A DNA stretch of 59,156 bases, filler included, from Sphacelaria rigidula (lineage: Eukaryota), in NCBI GenBank assembly GCA_964200075.2. It is 10 parts of 10 records of this genome, joined end to end, with 100 filler letters (N's around TTAATTAATTAA, not from the genome) between each part and the next. Parts side by side here need not be neighbours in the genome. Positions count along the whole stretch, not along the records: positions 23,705 to 29,530 come from CAXNAA020024162.1; positions 29,631 to 35,456 come from CAXNAA020024163.1; positions 35,557 to 41,381 come from CAXNAA020024164.1; 7 more parts are not named here. One strand, written 5' to 3'. The position numbers and the translations under genes are program-made. The notes under the pieces were generated by a model. That model was not told where the DNA came from. It did not search any database and was given only the letters and a program-made list of their open reading frames with translations. The first letter of the stretch is position 1. Every line of letters begins with the position of its first letter. Of this stretch, positions 24,225 to 36,024 are shown in pieces.

Positions 24225-24637
24225 CTGCACCAAACATTCGGCAAAGGGAGACATCAAACATATTCGATCCGTTCCATTCAGTGGGGGCGGGGGGACGGGG
24301 GAGGGGACCCTAGAGTGGGTGACAGACGGCTCGTGTGTTCAACAAAATCATGATAATAACAACAACAACAACGACGACGACAGAGACAGCAGCATAAGCA
24401 GAGACAGAAGCAGCAAAACAATACAAGGATATACGAGTACGTAATGGAGACAAGAGCAAAAGAAAAACACGAACTCCATGTTGGTCAACCAACTATCACG
24501 AGTATCTGCCAAGAATTTGTCGCCGACACGAGAAGCAAAACCATATACCCCCAGCAACGACACGTGCAAAGGGCACAACAGACGTACGCGGGAACAAAAG
24601 CCCGATTCGGTTGATCCAAGTAGGGGGTGCTACTCAC

Positions 24638-24753
24638 TTAGTCAGCTGAGAAGACTGGGAGGTGAGTTCCGCTATTCTGACGTTAGCCCTTCCCAGCGAG
24701 GCCTGCAAGTTTTCCCCGACAGCGTCCGCCTCCTGCCTCTTCGCTGACGCTTC
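24638..24753 (-). CDS. Internal exon of the same coiled-coil protein
   Basis: tttcag|GAA EASAKRQEADAVGENLQASLGRANVRIAELTSQSSQLT(K) AA|gtgagt; phase 0/2. Confidence 0.75.
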
Positions 24754-24893
24754 CTGAAAAAGAAATACGTTGGCACCCCCAAGGGAAATCAAACCCCCGA
24801 CAAAAACGGAAAAAATAAGAATCGGAGTGAAATACAACACAGGGCAGGACATGTAGTTTGACCTGCGGTGTACGAGAAGAGTCGAAAGAAAAG

Positions 24894-25189
24894 AATGTTT
24901 TCGTGAGATTGAGAGTAGAGCGCTGATTGAGAGTGGCTTTGGTCATTCGCTTTAACTCAGCCAATTTTTCATTCAGTGTGTGCTTTTTTTTGCCTCCATG
25001 ACTGGCGTGTGCGTACAGCTACACACGTCGACATCCTACTCAGGGATATCAAGGGCCTCAGTGGCGAGCTACTACAAAAAATATATCGGGCCTCGCGGAG
25101 GGGCATTTCGGAACTGAAACGATTCATTCACTAATTGACTCATTTTCCCTCTCAATCGTATCCTCTACTCTCAATCTCACGAAAACATT
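24894..25189. mobile_element. ~295-bp intronic MITE-like element with long terminal inverted repeats
   Basis: aatgttttcgtgagattgagagtagag at 24894 is inverted as ctctactctcaatctcacgaaaacatt ending 25189. No clear TSD. Confidence 0.7.
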
Positions 25190-25949
25190 GTCAGAAGTGG
25201 TCTACGGGTATGGTCACAGCGCACAAAAATCTCGCTCACAGCGAAAAATGAGTGACCACTGTTGCACGGTGAGGGGGAGGGTGGGAGTCGACAAGACACC
25301 TCGGCAGGCTTATACGGGGAACGTACAAGATTCAATGCTTTGCAGACCGTGTGATGTTGTCGTCGTAGTCGTCGTCTTCACATTAAAAACCGTTCCGATA
25401 TCTCCGCCGTACCGCTTACTTCCGTACTGAGTACCTGATGCGGACGCTTTCCGTAGTAACACGCTTACTACCCAAGTGAAGGCAGATGGAAATCATAAAC
25501 AAAAAAGGAGGACATAGAAAAACTAACACAGACGCGACAAAATGAGAAGAAAGGATACTAATTCCACAAGATCCGATGCCGCAGGAGACCATTCGCACTA
25601 CTGGAGACAAGGCCCAGCTCCCTCACTCGCCACGCGAGCCAAACAGGAACAGAGCCAAAATCAAGAATCAAAGATCACCCACCATATGAACAAAAACAAC
25701 ATGGCCTATCCTTCTATCCTGTATCAGGTCGGGTTGTGACACCCGCTGTGGTTACGCCGGCCACGTACACGTTGCAAAGAAAAAGCTCAATTGGCCAAAA
25801 AACAAAATATTTCGAGAGAGAAATTAACCTACATAGACAGCAAACGGTACGGAGAGGGGCGACGACGTTGCCCCACGAGGCTAGTACTAATTTCCCCCCT
25901 GTTCATGTACACAGGATGTTCATGTATACACACCAAAACGTTCACTCGC

Positions 25950-26273
25950 CTCTAGGCTGCACTTGAGTCCTTCAACCTCTTCTCTCAGGGTGTCCGCGGC
26001 CGACGCCTTCTCCAGCAACAACGCCTCCTTCTCCCGAAAGTCGCTCTCGACGATCTCCACCTGCACCCCCTTATTGCTCACCTCAACCTCGACATGTTCG
26101 CGCCCAACCGCTGAGGTTTTCCCATCTCGCTGCTGCAGGGTATCAACTGGTGCTGGTGACTGCTGCTGGTGTTGCTGTTCGTTGACAGCCGGCAAGCCAC
26201 GTTGGCCGACTCCACTTTCATCCATCTTGTTCATGCTGGATGAACTCCTCGACATACGTTGCTCTGCAAGCGC
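25950..26273 (-). CDS. Internal exon of an uncharacterised coiled-coil protein
   Basis: aaaccag|GCG...ALAEQRMS...DFREKEALLLEKASAADTLREEVEGLKCSLE|gcgagt; 324 nt, phase 0/0. Confidence 0.7.
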
Positions 26274-26894
26274 CTGGTTTGATGGAGGGGTTGAAAATTG
26301 TTCAAAACAACAACAAATAACGCAACACCCGAAAAGTGCCGGTACGCGGGGAAAGACTGTTGGCCCTCGTTCAGGGTCCAGCACGACCAACACCGCACTC
26401 ACGAAACGGCGACCTCCGTTCAAAACATGCACACCTAACTCTACAGGCGGTGGCATCACCATCAAAAGTTGTCGCCAAGGAGGCGTCTCAATGGTCTTGT
26501 TTTTGATACTGCTTGTGCTGACCGGGGGGGCATGCCTTCAGCGACGTGCAAGGGCCGTGAACGAGGGTTCCTGACGGTAACGAGGTACTCTTTCTTATGA
26601 AAATATCATCTCGAGGCTGCTCGCGATGTTCGTGCTTTCGTTAACCGCGAACATCATTTTAGTATAAACTCCTGGCGCATTCAGTCGGGCGAACCCGACT
26701 TTTCTCAAAAATATATACATATGCATATATATATTTGAAGCAAAAAATTGGCGCAACTTTTGGTGGATGACGTTCAGCCTGTCGGAAGCTACAGTACTGG
26801 GTGCCTGAACTATTGTTTTTATTCAGAAGAATTTTTTCTCGCGACTACGCTTAGATAGAACTCGAAAGTGCTAGTGTCGGTAGATTTTGGTACA

Positions 26895-28415
26895 CAGGCT
26901 GTTTCACGGTGATCACCCAAAATTGTGTCATCAGCAAATGCCTTCCGCAATACGCACCCAATAGTCACATGTATGGTATCATACTGGCCGCAATGAAGAG
27001 ACAAAGAGGGTGACATAGCCGGATTTTTGTTCAAAGGTCGTAGCGGTGGCGCTATGGACGAAAATGTATCTCAGCCAATCAGAGCCCTTCAAACTGTTCC
27101 GAGATCGAAATTACGAATACCAAGCCCAATTTTCACCCAATCTCTACATGCTTCAAATCGTAGTGACCGTCATCGACACGGGAATCTAACGAGAAAATCA
27201 TTGAAAATTTTTAAAGGTTACTACGGGGGTCGAATTATACCCGAAACCGTGACGTTTCGGTGATGTCGGGTGTTGGCGGCGTCTAAATTCCCCTAATGAT
27301 ACGCGGGGAAGACCCAGGGAGCCTCTTGATGGTGTCCCCTATATCTGTTGTAGGAAAGCTCGGATCGCCCTCAAACTCGGCAGTTCCGTAGGTATTGATG
27401 CTCAAAATGGAAAAATTGTGTTCTTGGCAAGGGTTCAGAGTTTCTCCGTTCTCTAACGACTTCAGGGGGAGCCAGTACAAAGACCCCCGAAAGGCGGTAC
27501 ATAATTTATCAAAAGAAAAAATAATAGCATGATGCATCCCAGGATGGTCCAAGGAACACATGTACAGTTTTTGGTGGAGAAACTCGAAAATCTCGTACAG
27601 TTTTTCTTGCCTTGACGTCACATTTACCCCAAAAGACTTTTTTATACTAAAGCCAAGTAGTTGAGAGTTGCACGTTTCAAGCCCACGTCCTCCACAAACG
27701 CGCAAACTTTCACGCTGTCAGTAGGGGTTTGATCCTAAAACTTTGTATTGATATGCTATGTAGCATTACGCAACTTTCTGCGAACGATATTTTTTTACTT
27801 ATGGAGTTTTTCACCGCTTTTCGGGAATCCGACGGGATCGAAGTCGTTTTTCGAAGTAGTCTCCATTCTGGGACCCCAGAAAAACGGCACTCCGATACAT
27901 TTTTTTCATATTTTCGCGGACTATCTGCCTCCGCATAACCCAAGGATGCGTTCTACAAATTTTCGTCGCAAAACTCGATCAACTGATGCTTGCATTTCCA
28001 TCTTCACGTCAAAGAAGGCCCAAAAACGCCGTTTTGTTCCTAAAATCAAGTAGTTTGCGGTTTCACCGCGGTACGGCAAACTTCATTGCACAAAGGCCAA
28101 AAACCTCACGCCGTTTTAAGAAGCTAGACCTTGAAAAATTGCACAACTGTGCTTTGGGACATTACGCAACTTCGGATAAACGGGGTTTTTTTTTGTTGTT
28201 ACCGTTTTACGGGGGTCCGATTGGGTCGAGGTTTCCCCACAAAAGCTGGAACCCCCGAAAAACGGTGGAAAAAAAAATGAAAAAAAAACCTTGAGCTTCG
28301 AAACTTGCGTATTTACCCATAGAACATTCGTGCAAAATTTCAGGGTCTAACTCCTTTAAACGGCGTGAGGTTTTGCCGATGAGTGTTTTTCGGGTGATAG
28401 ACGTGAACCAGCCTG
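26895..28415 (+). mobile_element. Non-autonomous Tc1/mariner-type element (~1.5 kb), family A copy 1
   Basis: TIRs CAGGCTG(G/T)TTCACG.TGATCACCCAAAA / GGGTGATAGACGTGAACCAGCCTG|TA. TA flank on the right. No transposase. Homologous along its length to 29931-31436. Confidence 0.8.
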
Positions 28416-28696
28416 TACCGCAGCGAAATTGCAACTCAGTTCAGGTCTGTGCATGCAGCGTGTTGCGAACAGACGTCACTGTGCAGTACTGACTGCCTAC
28501 CCACCCAAGCTTTATAGATATGAATCTTTGGCCGAGAGAAGCTGGCGCAGTTATCCGTATTTTTCAAATTCCATCGTATCCTCCTACAAGAGGGATTTGC
28601 GCATGAGAAACTGAAGAGTCTTTTGACTGAATCGGAGGATTTAGCTTTTGACCGTCGTCATAACCCTTTTGACCAAGCGCCAGGGTTTGACTTTAA

Positions 28697-29090
28697 CTGG
28701 CCGGTTCAAGCGATCAACCCAAAATCCATTCATCAGCAAATGGCCTCCGTGATACCTACCCCCGACAGTCGCATGCATGGTGTATCATACTGACCGCCAT
28801 GAACAGCCTAAGTGGGTTACATAGCCGGATTTTTGTTCAAGACCATAGTGGTGGCGCTGAGGGTGAAAAAAAGATGGAGAGGTACCCCGGCCAATCGGCG
28901 ACCTTGAAAATGTTCTGAATTTTTCAAATGCGAATTTTTACCGACTCAATATTCACCTCATCTCCACATGCTTTGTTCACATTGAACCCCCCCATCCGCT
29001 CGGAAACCGAACAGAAGGAACGGGTTTGAAAAAGGTTCCCATGGGATCGAATTATACTCAAAACCGTGGTGTTCCGGAAATGCGGGGTTT
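28697..29090 (+). mobile_element. Older, diverged fragment of the family A left arm
   Basis: cccaaaa...tcatcagcaaatg...catactgaccgc...catagccggatttttgttcaa...tcgaattatac.c.aaaccgtg aligns by eye with 26900-27260. Confidence 0.6.
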
Positions 29091-29436
29091 CGGTGTCGTC
29101 GGATCTCCTCTGACGATAGCCACCACAGACCCAGAAAAGCTCCACAGCTGTTCTTATTTATGTCGTGGGAAGGTGTCGGCGGGCGTCAAACTTTAAGGTT
29201 GGGTACGTACAGAATGAATATGAAGATATTTTTTTTAACTTTCGAAGGGCGTCCCGGCGGAGTCCGAGGAACATTTTTGCGAAGAGTCATTGCGTATCTG
29301 AAGAAAAAAATGATGCGCTCGGGTCGCTTTAACGCCAAACATACCCGAAACTGTTTTTCAATACTGTCCTTTATTATCTTCTCTATTCCTTTCTTCGGTG
29401 TACACTTTGACAGATCTGGCGTTTGTTGTTTGTTTT

Positions 29437-29500
<64 letters not shown>
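29437..29500. repeat. (TTTC)n microsatellite
   Basis: Seen directly. Confidence 0.95.
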
Positions 29501-29630
29501 TTCTCTCCCCGTTGAACTCGGGGGAGCTACNNNNNNNNNNNNNNNNNNNNNNNNNNNNNNNNNNNNNNNNNNNNTTAATTAATTAANNNNNNNNNNNNNN
29601 NNNNNNNNNNNNNNNNNNNNNNNNNNNNNN

Positions 29631-29909
29631 CTTCGGCATCAGGACGGCAGTCTCCCCCCCGTAGGTCTCTGACTTCTCTAGCGATACGCCTTCCTCACAC
29701 AATTGCCCTTATTTTTTATCGCGAGAGGGGCCCAGCAATCCCTTTTCCCTCTTGACCGTGAAGACGACTTTTGTGTACCCTCAACATAATCGCTGTTCAC
29801 TGTTGGGCATTGTGTGAAAAAAAATCCAATATCGTGTGACTGCACCGAGACTCGAGCCCACGACCCAAATCTCAGAAGGTTTCGAGCTTACGGACCGAGG
29901 TACAGGGAC
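29631..29909 (-). mobile_element. tRNA-derived SINE family 1 (head and body, cut by contig end)
   Basis: Minus-strand head GTCCCTGTACCTCGGTCCGTAAGCTCGAAACCTTCTG...GTGGGCTCGAGTC (degenerate A/B boxes). Body matches 52912-53060. Confidence 0.6.
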
Positions 29910-29930
29910 TGAAATTCATCCTATACTGTA

Positions 29931-31436
29931 CAAGCTGGTTCACGCTTATCACCCAAAAAACACTCATCGGCAAAACCCCACGCTGTTTTAAGGAGTTAGA
30001 GATCCTGAAACTCTGCATGAATGTTCGATGGGCCATTGCGCAACTCTGGAGGAACGGAGTTTTTTTTCCGACTGTTTTCACCGTTTTTCGGGGGTCCCAG
30101 TTTTTCGGGGGAGACCTCGACCCAATCGGACCCCGTAAAACGGTAACAAAGAATAATAAAAATAAACGCGTTCATCCAAAGTTGCGTAATGTCTCAAAGC
30201 ACAGTTGTGCAAAATTTCAGGGTCTAACTCCTTGAAACGGCGTGAGGTTTTTGGCCTTTGTGATATGAAGTTTGCCGTACCGCGGTGAAACCGCAAACTA
30301 CTTGATTTTAGTACCAAACGGCGTTTTGGGGCCTTCTTTGACGTGAACGTGGAAAGTCAAAAATCATTTGATCGAGTTTTGCGACGAAAAATTATAGAGC
30401 CTATCCATGGGTTATGCGGAGGCAGATAGTTCGCGAAAAAATGAAAAACAAATATCGCAGTACCGTTTTTCTGGGGTGCCAGAATGGAGACTACTCCGAA
30501 AAACGACTTCGATCCCGTCGGACCCCCGAAAAACGGTGAAAAACTCAAGAAGTACAAAACACATGGTCCATGGAAAGTTGTGTAATGATACATAGCGTAT
30601 TTATGCGAAGTTTCAGGATCTAACTCCTAATAACAGCGTAAAATGTTGCGCGTTTGTGGAGGACGTGGGCTTGAAACGTGCAACTCCTAACTACTTGGTT
30701 TTAGTATAAAAACGTCCTTTGGGGTGAACTTGACGTCAAGGCAAGAAAAACTGCATGAGGTTTTCGCGTTTCTCCTCCAAACTTTGTACATGTGTTTCTT
30801 GGACTCTCCCAGGACGCATCATTTCATTTTTTTTTTTTAGAGCATTCTGTACCACCTTCCGGCGGTCGTCATACTGGGACCCCCGGAAGCCGGTAGAGAA
30901 CGGAGAAAACATTATATGTTGTCAAGAACACAATTTTTCTATTTGGAGCATCAATACCTACGGAACTGCCGAGTTTGAGGGCGATCTGAGCTTTTCTACA
31001 ACAGATGTAGGGGACACCGTCACGAGGCTCCCTGGGTCTTTCGTGCGTATCATTAGTAGAAATTAGACGACGCCAACACCCGACATCACCGAAACATCAC
31101 GGTTTCGGTTATACCCCCGTAGAAACCGTTTCAAAATTATTTTCTCGTTAGATTCCCGTGTCGATGACGGTTACTACGATTTGAAGCATGTAGAGATTGG
31201 GTGAAAATTGAAAATTGGGCTTGGTATTCGTGATTTCGATCTCGGAACAGTTTGAAGGGCGCTGATTGGCTGAGACACATTTTTACCGTTATGGCCCTGA
31301 ACAAAAATCCGGCTACGTCACCCTCTTCGTCTCTTCATTGCGGTCAGTTTGATGCCATATATGCGACTATTGGGTGCGTATTGCGGAAGGCATCTGCTGA
31401 TGACACAATTTTGGGTGATCACCGTGAACCAGCCTG
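29931..31436 (-). mobile_element. Non-autonomous Tc1/mariner-type element, family A copy 2
   Basis: TA|CAAGCTGGTTCACG ... CACCGTGAACCAGCCTG|TA; reverse complement of copy 1. Confidence 0.85.
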
Positions 31437-33052
31437 TACTACCAATATTTTCTATTTGGACCGGCTCACGTGGCAATTTTTTTTCTCTTCCTTCTGTGTT
31501 TTTTAGCCGATGTGCTGTCCATGAGCCCAATCATTTTTTCTCATTCTGTGTTTTTATGCCGATGTGCTGTACATGAGCCTATTCCGCACAGGTCACAGCT
31601 AACTCCCTACACACACGGCCAACGTTGGAGTCGCCTCTGTCGAATGATGTTGCGTGCCGACACGCATACTACTGAAGCAGCAACGCATCAAGCCTTGGAG
31701 CGTGGCACGGACCGTGGTCATCATGCTGCCGTCGGGGGTGACCGCACTCTAGATTGGCGGTGCGGTTTCAGGGAACGTATTTGCTGTGTCCCCTGTTGTT
31801 CTTGCTCGTCTCATTCGCGACAGAGGCAGTTTTTGGAGTCATGTGGTGGGACCTGTCTTTAGCCGGTGATACTAGAGACGCGTTCCATAGTGCTGGTCGG
31901 TTCGTGTGAAGACCACCGCACTGCTGTAGCAAGGAAGGGTTGAGGAGAAGAACGCCTCCAAGCTAATATCCATGCCCTTGTTTGCCGCTGATTTCACCGT
32001 GCGCAAGACGTTTCGTCGACCTTGACAAATCCACCAGGTCTACAATATATGCCAAACCATTCGATTAAGGGTGTGTCGAGCAGAGAGCATAGTGGTCCGA
32101 CATCAGCACCTCGCCGAAAAACGCAGAAACGAGTACCTCCTCAATTATTAATGTTCGATAGAAGTACACACGAGCATTCCCTGACATGACAAAAAAAAAG
32201 GTACATAAAGGTTCATTCGGCCATCGCGCCAGCCGGGAGAGTGGGGCTCGAAGCATCTGTTGAAGGCATCATCAACGGCACTTGTCTTCCACATGTTGTC
32301 GATTTCTTCAGAAAAAAATGGATATTTTGTCCGACTCCGAGAAGAAATGCTGGAGAAACATCCGCCGCTAGATTTTTGGAGTTATCTGTAGTCAGTCATG
32401 ATTTCAATTGTTGTCTGACCTAGTTGAGAAATCTGCTGTAACTTGTTTCGGAGAAGTTTTTTTCTTCTCCCCCCCAAAAGTCGGATATTTCGTCAGAAAG
32501 AAAGTCTCGTTGATGACACCCCTTACTGTCCCGCGAGACGCTTGAAGCAACGCAAACCACAAATAACCACCAACCCTGCAGCTGTGCTCGCGGACTAACA
32601 ACACGAAAGACCTTCCCTCCCGCGCACTCTGCGAAATTCAGCGGATACTGTACCACCCGGACATACCTATCGCCTATATTTCCAACTAAACCCCTACATC
32701 TTCAGACACGCTGGTACACTTTTTTTGCCTGCGAAAGGTTCGATCTCGCTCCGACTCTACAACATCCGCAGCATGCAGACGATGGGACAGAAACAGAAGC
32801 GTCGTTTCTGAAACCCAGCATGTATCCTGGTCCGACGAACCAGAGAGGAGCGGGTGCACACAGGCGAACGAAAACTGGAAATGAACGAGAGCCGACAACC
32901 CGAGCACCCTCCCCTATCACACACGTTACCAAGACTTTTCTACTTCCCCACAACGACGCCAATGCCTAAAAGTTTGGGCGGCGTCTCCTCCCCGTGGCCA
33001 CCCCGCTCTCCACCGTCGTCTGCCTCCCTCGCTGCCAACCCCATTGCTCCCG

Positions 33053-34162
33053 CTAGTCCTCCCCAGTATCATCCTCATTCTCAAGCGCCAAGTCTGAGTA
33101 AGCTTTATCTAACCCCTCATCATCAAGCGTCACTTTAGCATCACTCTTCGATTTATCGTCATCATCCACAAGGGTATCCCCCCTCCCTGGGCTCGAGCCT
33201 AACGCCTCTTCAAGAGCCTCCAACACTCCGCCCTCCTGGTTTCCAATACTCGCATCTCCGTCCCTCAGACAGGTATCAGTAGCATCTTCCTCATCCCAAA
33301 TATTGGAGTTTGACGGTAGGGCATCACCTCGTCCATCGATTGGGAGTGGATCTGCTGCTTCTTCGTCGCCTGACGCCTCCCCAACAGCCTTTGACGTTTC
33401 GTCCTCTCGGTTTTCATTGCTAGCATCTCCGTCCCTCAGACAGGCATCAGCAGCATCTTCCTCATCCCGGTTTTCGGGGTTTGACGGCAGGGCATCACCT
33501 CGTGCATCCGTCTGGGGTGTATCTGTTGTTTCCTCGTCGCCTCCACTTTCAGCATATCCGGCGCTACCCCCTCGAATGTCCTCATCCGAATCCGTGTTAC
33601 CACCATGCCGCACTGATTCCCCCACATCATCAGATACGGACTTGTGGTTGTGAACCCCGTCGTCGCCATCACACCCCGCAATACCACTAACATCACCACC
33701 GGCAACCCCGTCATCTTGCCGCACCGTCACCGACGACGATGCCCCGTCTTCAACCGCAGATTCTCTATCATCACAATCACCGTGACCATCATCACTTGCC
33801 ACAACATCACCACCTACATCACTATTCACCGCTTCCGAATCTGCTACGAGTGCATCACCCGCCGTCGTTATCGCCTCCGTCGCCTCTCCCTGGGCCACCG
33901 CGGCCGACGAAGCTAGCCCTTCCAAGAGCGACTTGGCCTTCGCCGCTGCCGCCGCAGCCGCCGCTGATGAGGTCGTCGGTAGCGAAGACTTATCCTCCAA
34001 GCCCCGAGTTTTCCCGTGGGCAGATTCAATATCGCCGTCAGCCTGGAGCGACGACGGCGCGGGGGCTTCAGAAGGGGGTTGCGCAGCAGCACTGCATGCT
34101 TGGCTGTGACCGCGAGCCAGAGACGCAGCTTGGACGGAGAAGTCAGCCAGCCGGGCGCGTAC
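33053..34162 (-). CDS. Probable terminal exon of an unknown gene; long acidic low-complexity tail with a 57-aa duplication
   Basis: atttcacag|GTA VRARLADFSVQAASLARG... open for 369 codons to TAG at 33053; D/E/G/A-rich. Confidence 0.65.
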   Translation of the reverse strand, partial: VRARLADFSVQAASLARGHSQACSAAAQPPSEAPAPSSLQADGDIESAHGKTRGLEDKSSLPTTSSAAAAAAAAKAKSLLEGLASSAAVAQGEATEAITTAGDALVADSEAVNSDVGGDVVASDDGHGDCDDRESAVEDGASSSVTVRQDDGVAGGDVSGIAGCDGDDGVHNHKSVSDDVGESVRHGGNTDSDEDIRGGSAGYAESGGDEETTDTPQTDARGDALPSNPENRDEEDAADACLRDGDASNENREDETSKAVGEASGDEEAADPLPIDGRGDALPSNSNIWDEEDATDTCLRDGDASIGNQEGGVLEALEEALGSSPGRGDTLVDDDDKSKSDAKVTLDDEGLDKAYSDLALENEDDTGED

Positions 34163-34572
34163 CTGTGAAATGCGCATAATCGTGTGGGTGGGTTGATTTC
34201 GGTCAGTCCAACAGAGCAAGCAAATCGCGCATGGGTTTTGCTTCTTGTCATCACATGAGTACTTATACCCCCTGAGATCCACGAAAACAAAAACAAATTG
34301 ACTTAATGAATGCTAGGCGATTTGGGTATCTTCGCAGCAGGAATAACGGTGCACGAAACCCCAATCACGAAGAGTGAACGGTGGGCATACATAGGCACAG
34401 TCCAAGCGTGAATTCGAGTTCGTGTGGTCAAATGGTACAACGTAACAGACAGCATTAGGGTATTAGGGGCGGGAAAACGCCGGTTTGTTCCCCGCCAGAT
34501 GTGCTCGGGTTGTTCCTTCGAAGCATCTGATTTCCGTCATTGAAAGCGACGGGACGTACGTGAAGGGACGTA

Positions 34573-34770
34573 CGTGAGTAGCAAAAAGTGTTGAGTGAGT
34601 TTGTTCACGAGAGTCGACGCGGTGCGAGAGTACTGATGGTCATCACCCAATCCACGAGACCATAACGCAAGGCGTGTACCGGGTAAGACATGGGCTGATG
34701 CCTTCAGACTACGGACTCTCCCGGAGGAATGGGGGGTGCTAGAAATGCGTCGGAAAAAAATAAAATAAAA
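34573..34770 (+). mobile_element. SINE family 2 3' body with A-rich tail
   Basis: gagtcgacgcggtgcgagagtactgatggtcatcacccaatccacgagacc...ggcgtgtaccggg...aaaataaaataaaa matches the reverse complement of 41556-41745. Confidence 0.7.
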
Positions 34771-35405
34771 GGTACTTGCACCCCGAGATCCGTCTTAAAA
34801 TACCATTTTCACGTTGTGACTGCAAGGCCACCTCTAGGGAGTTTCACTCCAGGAACTCTGGTGCATACTCCGTAGTCAAGGTCAGTCAGTGGTAGGCAGG
34901 CATACATGGGCACAGGGTGACATCTTCACAGTCCAAGAGCTAATCCACGTTGGGTGGTGCAATGGAGTGGCGCGAGACGCCAATGTCGCCAAGGAAGCAC
35001 GGTTTGTGGTCGCCCGTCGCGCTTGAACCCTCAAACCAATCTTATCCGTGTGCTGTAATTTCGGGAAAAGTTTCGTGGGGGCACGTTTCGTTCTATACGA
35101 ACGATGGAGCGCGGAATTCTCGATATTTCGGCGATTCACGCGCGTCACGCAGAGCAGGTCATCACTGCCATCGCTGCGGAGTTTTCGTGGCGAAAAGCAT
35201 CCAGTGCGTTTTAAGTTCCACAGCAACCACTGAGGCACTCAGTCACCGCTGGTCGAGCAGCTCAGTGGTCATCCTGAAACCCTACAAAAGTTGCACACGT
35301 CGTAAAGCTCATGAGCTACGTGAATATTACTTCTTATTAGTGTAATGATCCGGATCATGACCGAGCTCATTTGGCCCCCTTTCCAAAATTTGCTCCTACA
35401 TTGCC

Positions 35406-35456
35406 GCGCCCCGGGGGTGTAATGGTCCGACTGTCGCCATTAGGGTGGAGAGAACG
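35406..35456 (+). mobile_element. SINE family 2 head (cut by contig end)
   Basis: gcgccccgggggtgtaatggtccgactgtcgccattagggtggagagaacg is near-identical to the head at 41860. Confidence 0.75.
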
Positions 35457-35989
35457 NNNNNNNNNNNNNNNNNNNNNNNNNNNNNNNNNNNNNNNNNNNN
35501 TTAATTAATTAANNNNNNNNNNNNNNNNNNNNNNNNNNNNNNNNNNNNNNNNNNNNCCCGGCGTTGTAGGGATGCGAGGTCAATGGTCTTATGACTATGG
35601 CATGCATGATCATGAGTACACTCCTCACCAATCCCCACGCACGCACACACCAGTGCTGCTGTGAGTGGCAAAACACACGTTCTGCTGAGCCCACACGATG
35701 CCACGAGCACGAGGACGGGCTGCCCAACATAGGCAAATTGCCATTCCGGGGGTAATTCAGGGGCACATTCGGCCCCAAATGCCTCATTTCCCCCCACAAA
35801 GAACTCGGCGGCTTCCGACGTAACTCGACGCCGCCGTCACGACCATTGTTGTTTCGCACTTCAATTTCTTTTTTTTCGAAAGTTATGACAATGAAAACAC
35901 AACGAAAAAATAGTCTTGTACGGACCATAAATGTACCGACAGTGCGGCACAGCACAGATAATTACCGTACATTAGAACCATTACTCATG

Positions 35990-36024
<35 letters not shown>

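Noticed and set aside
26895..31436. Giant inverted repeat or composite transposon formed by two family A copies
   Set aside because: The copies are on different contigs joined by an artificial spacer.
24145..34162. Single gene joining the coiled-coil exons and the acidic terminal exon
   Set aside because: Different contigs and wrong order; no evidence of linkage.
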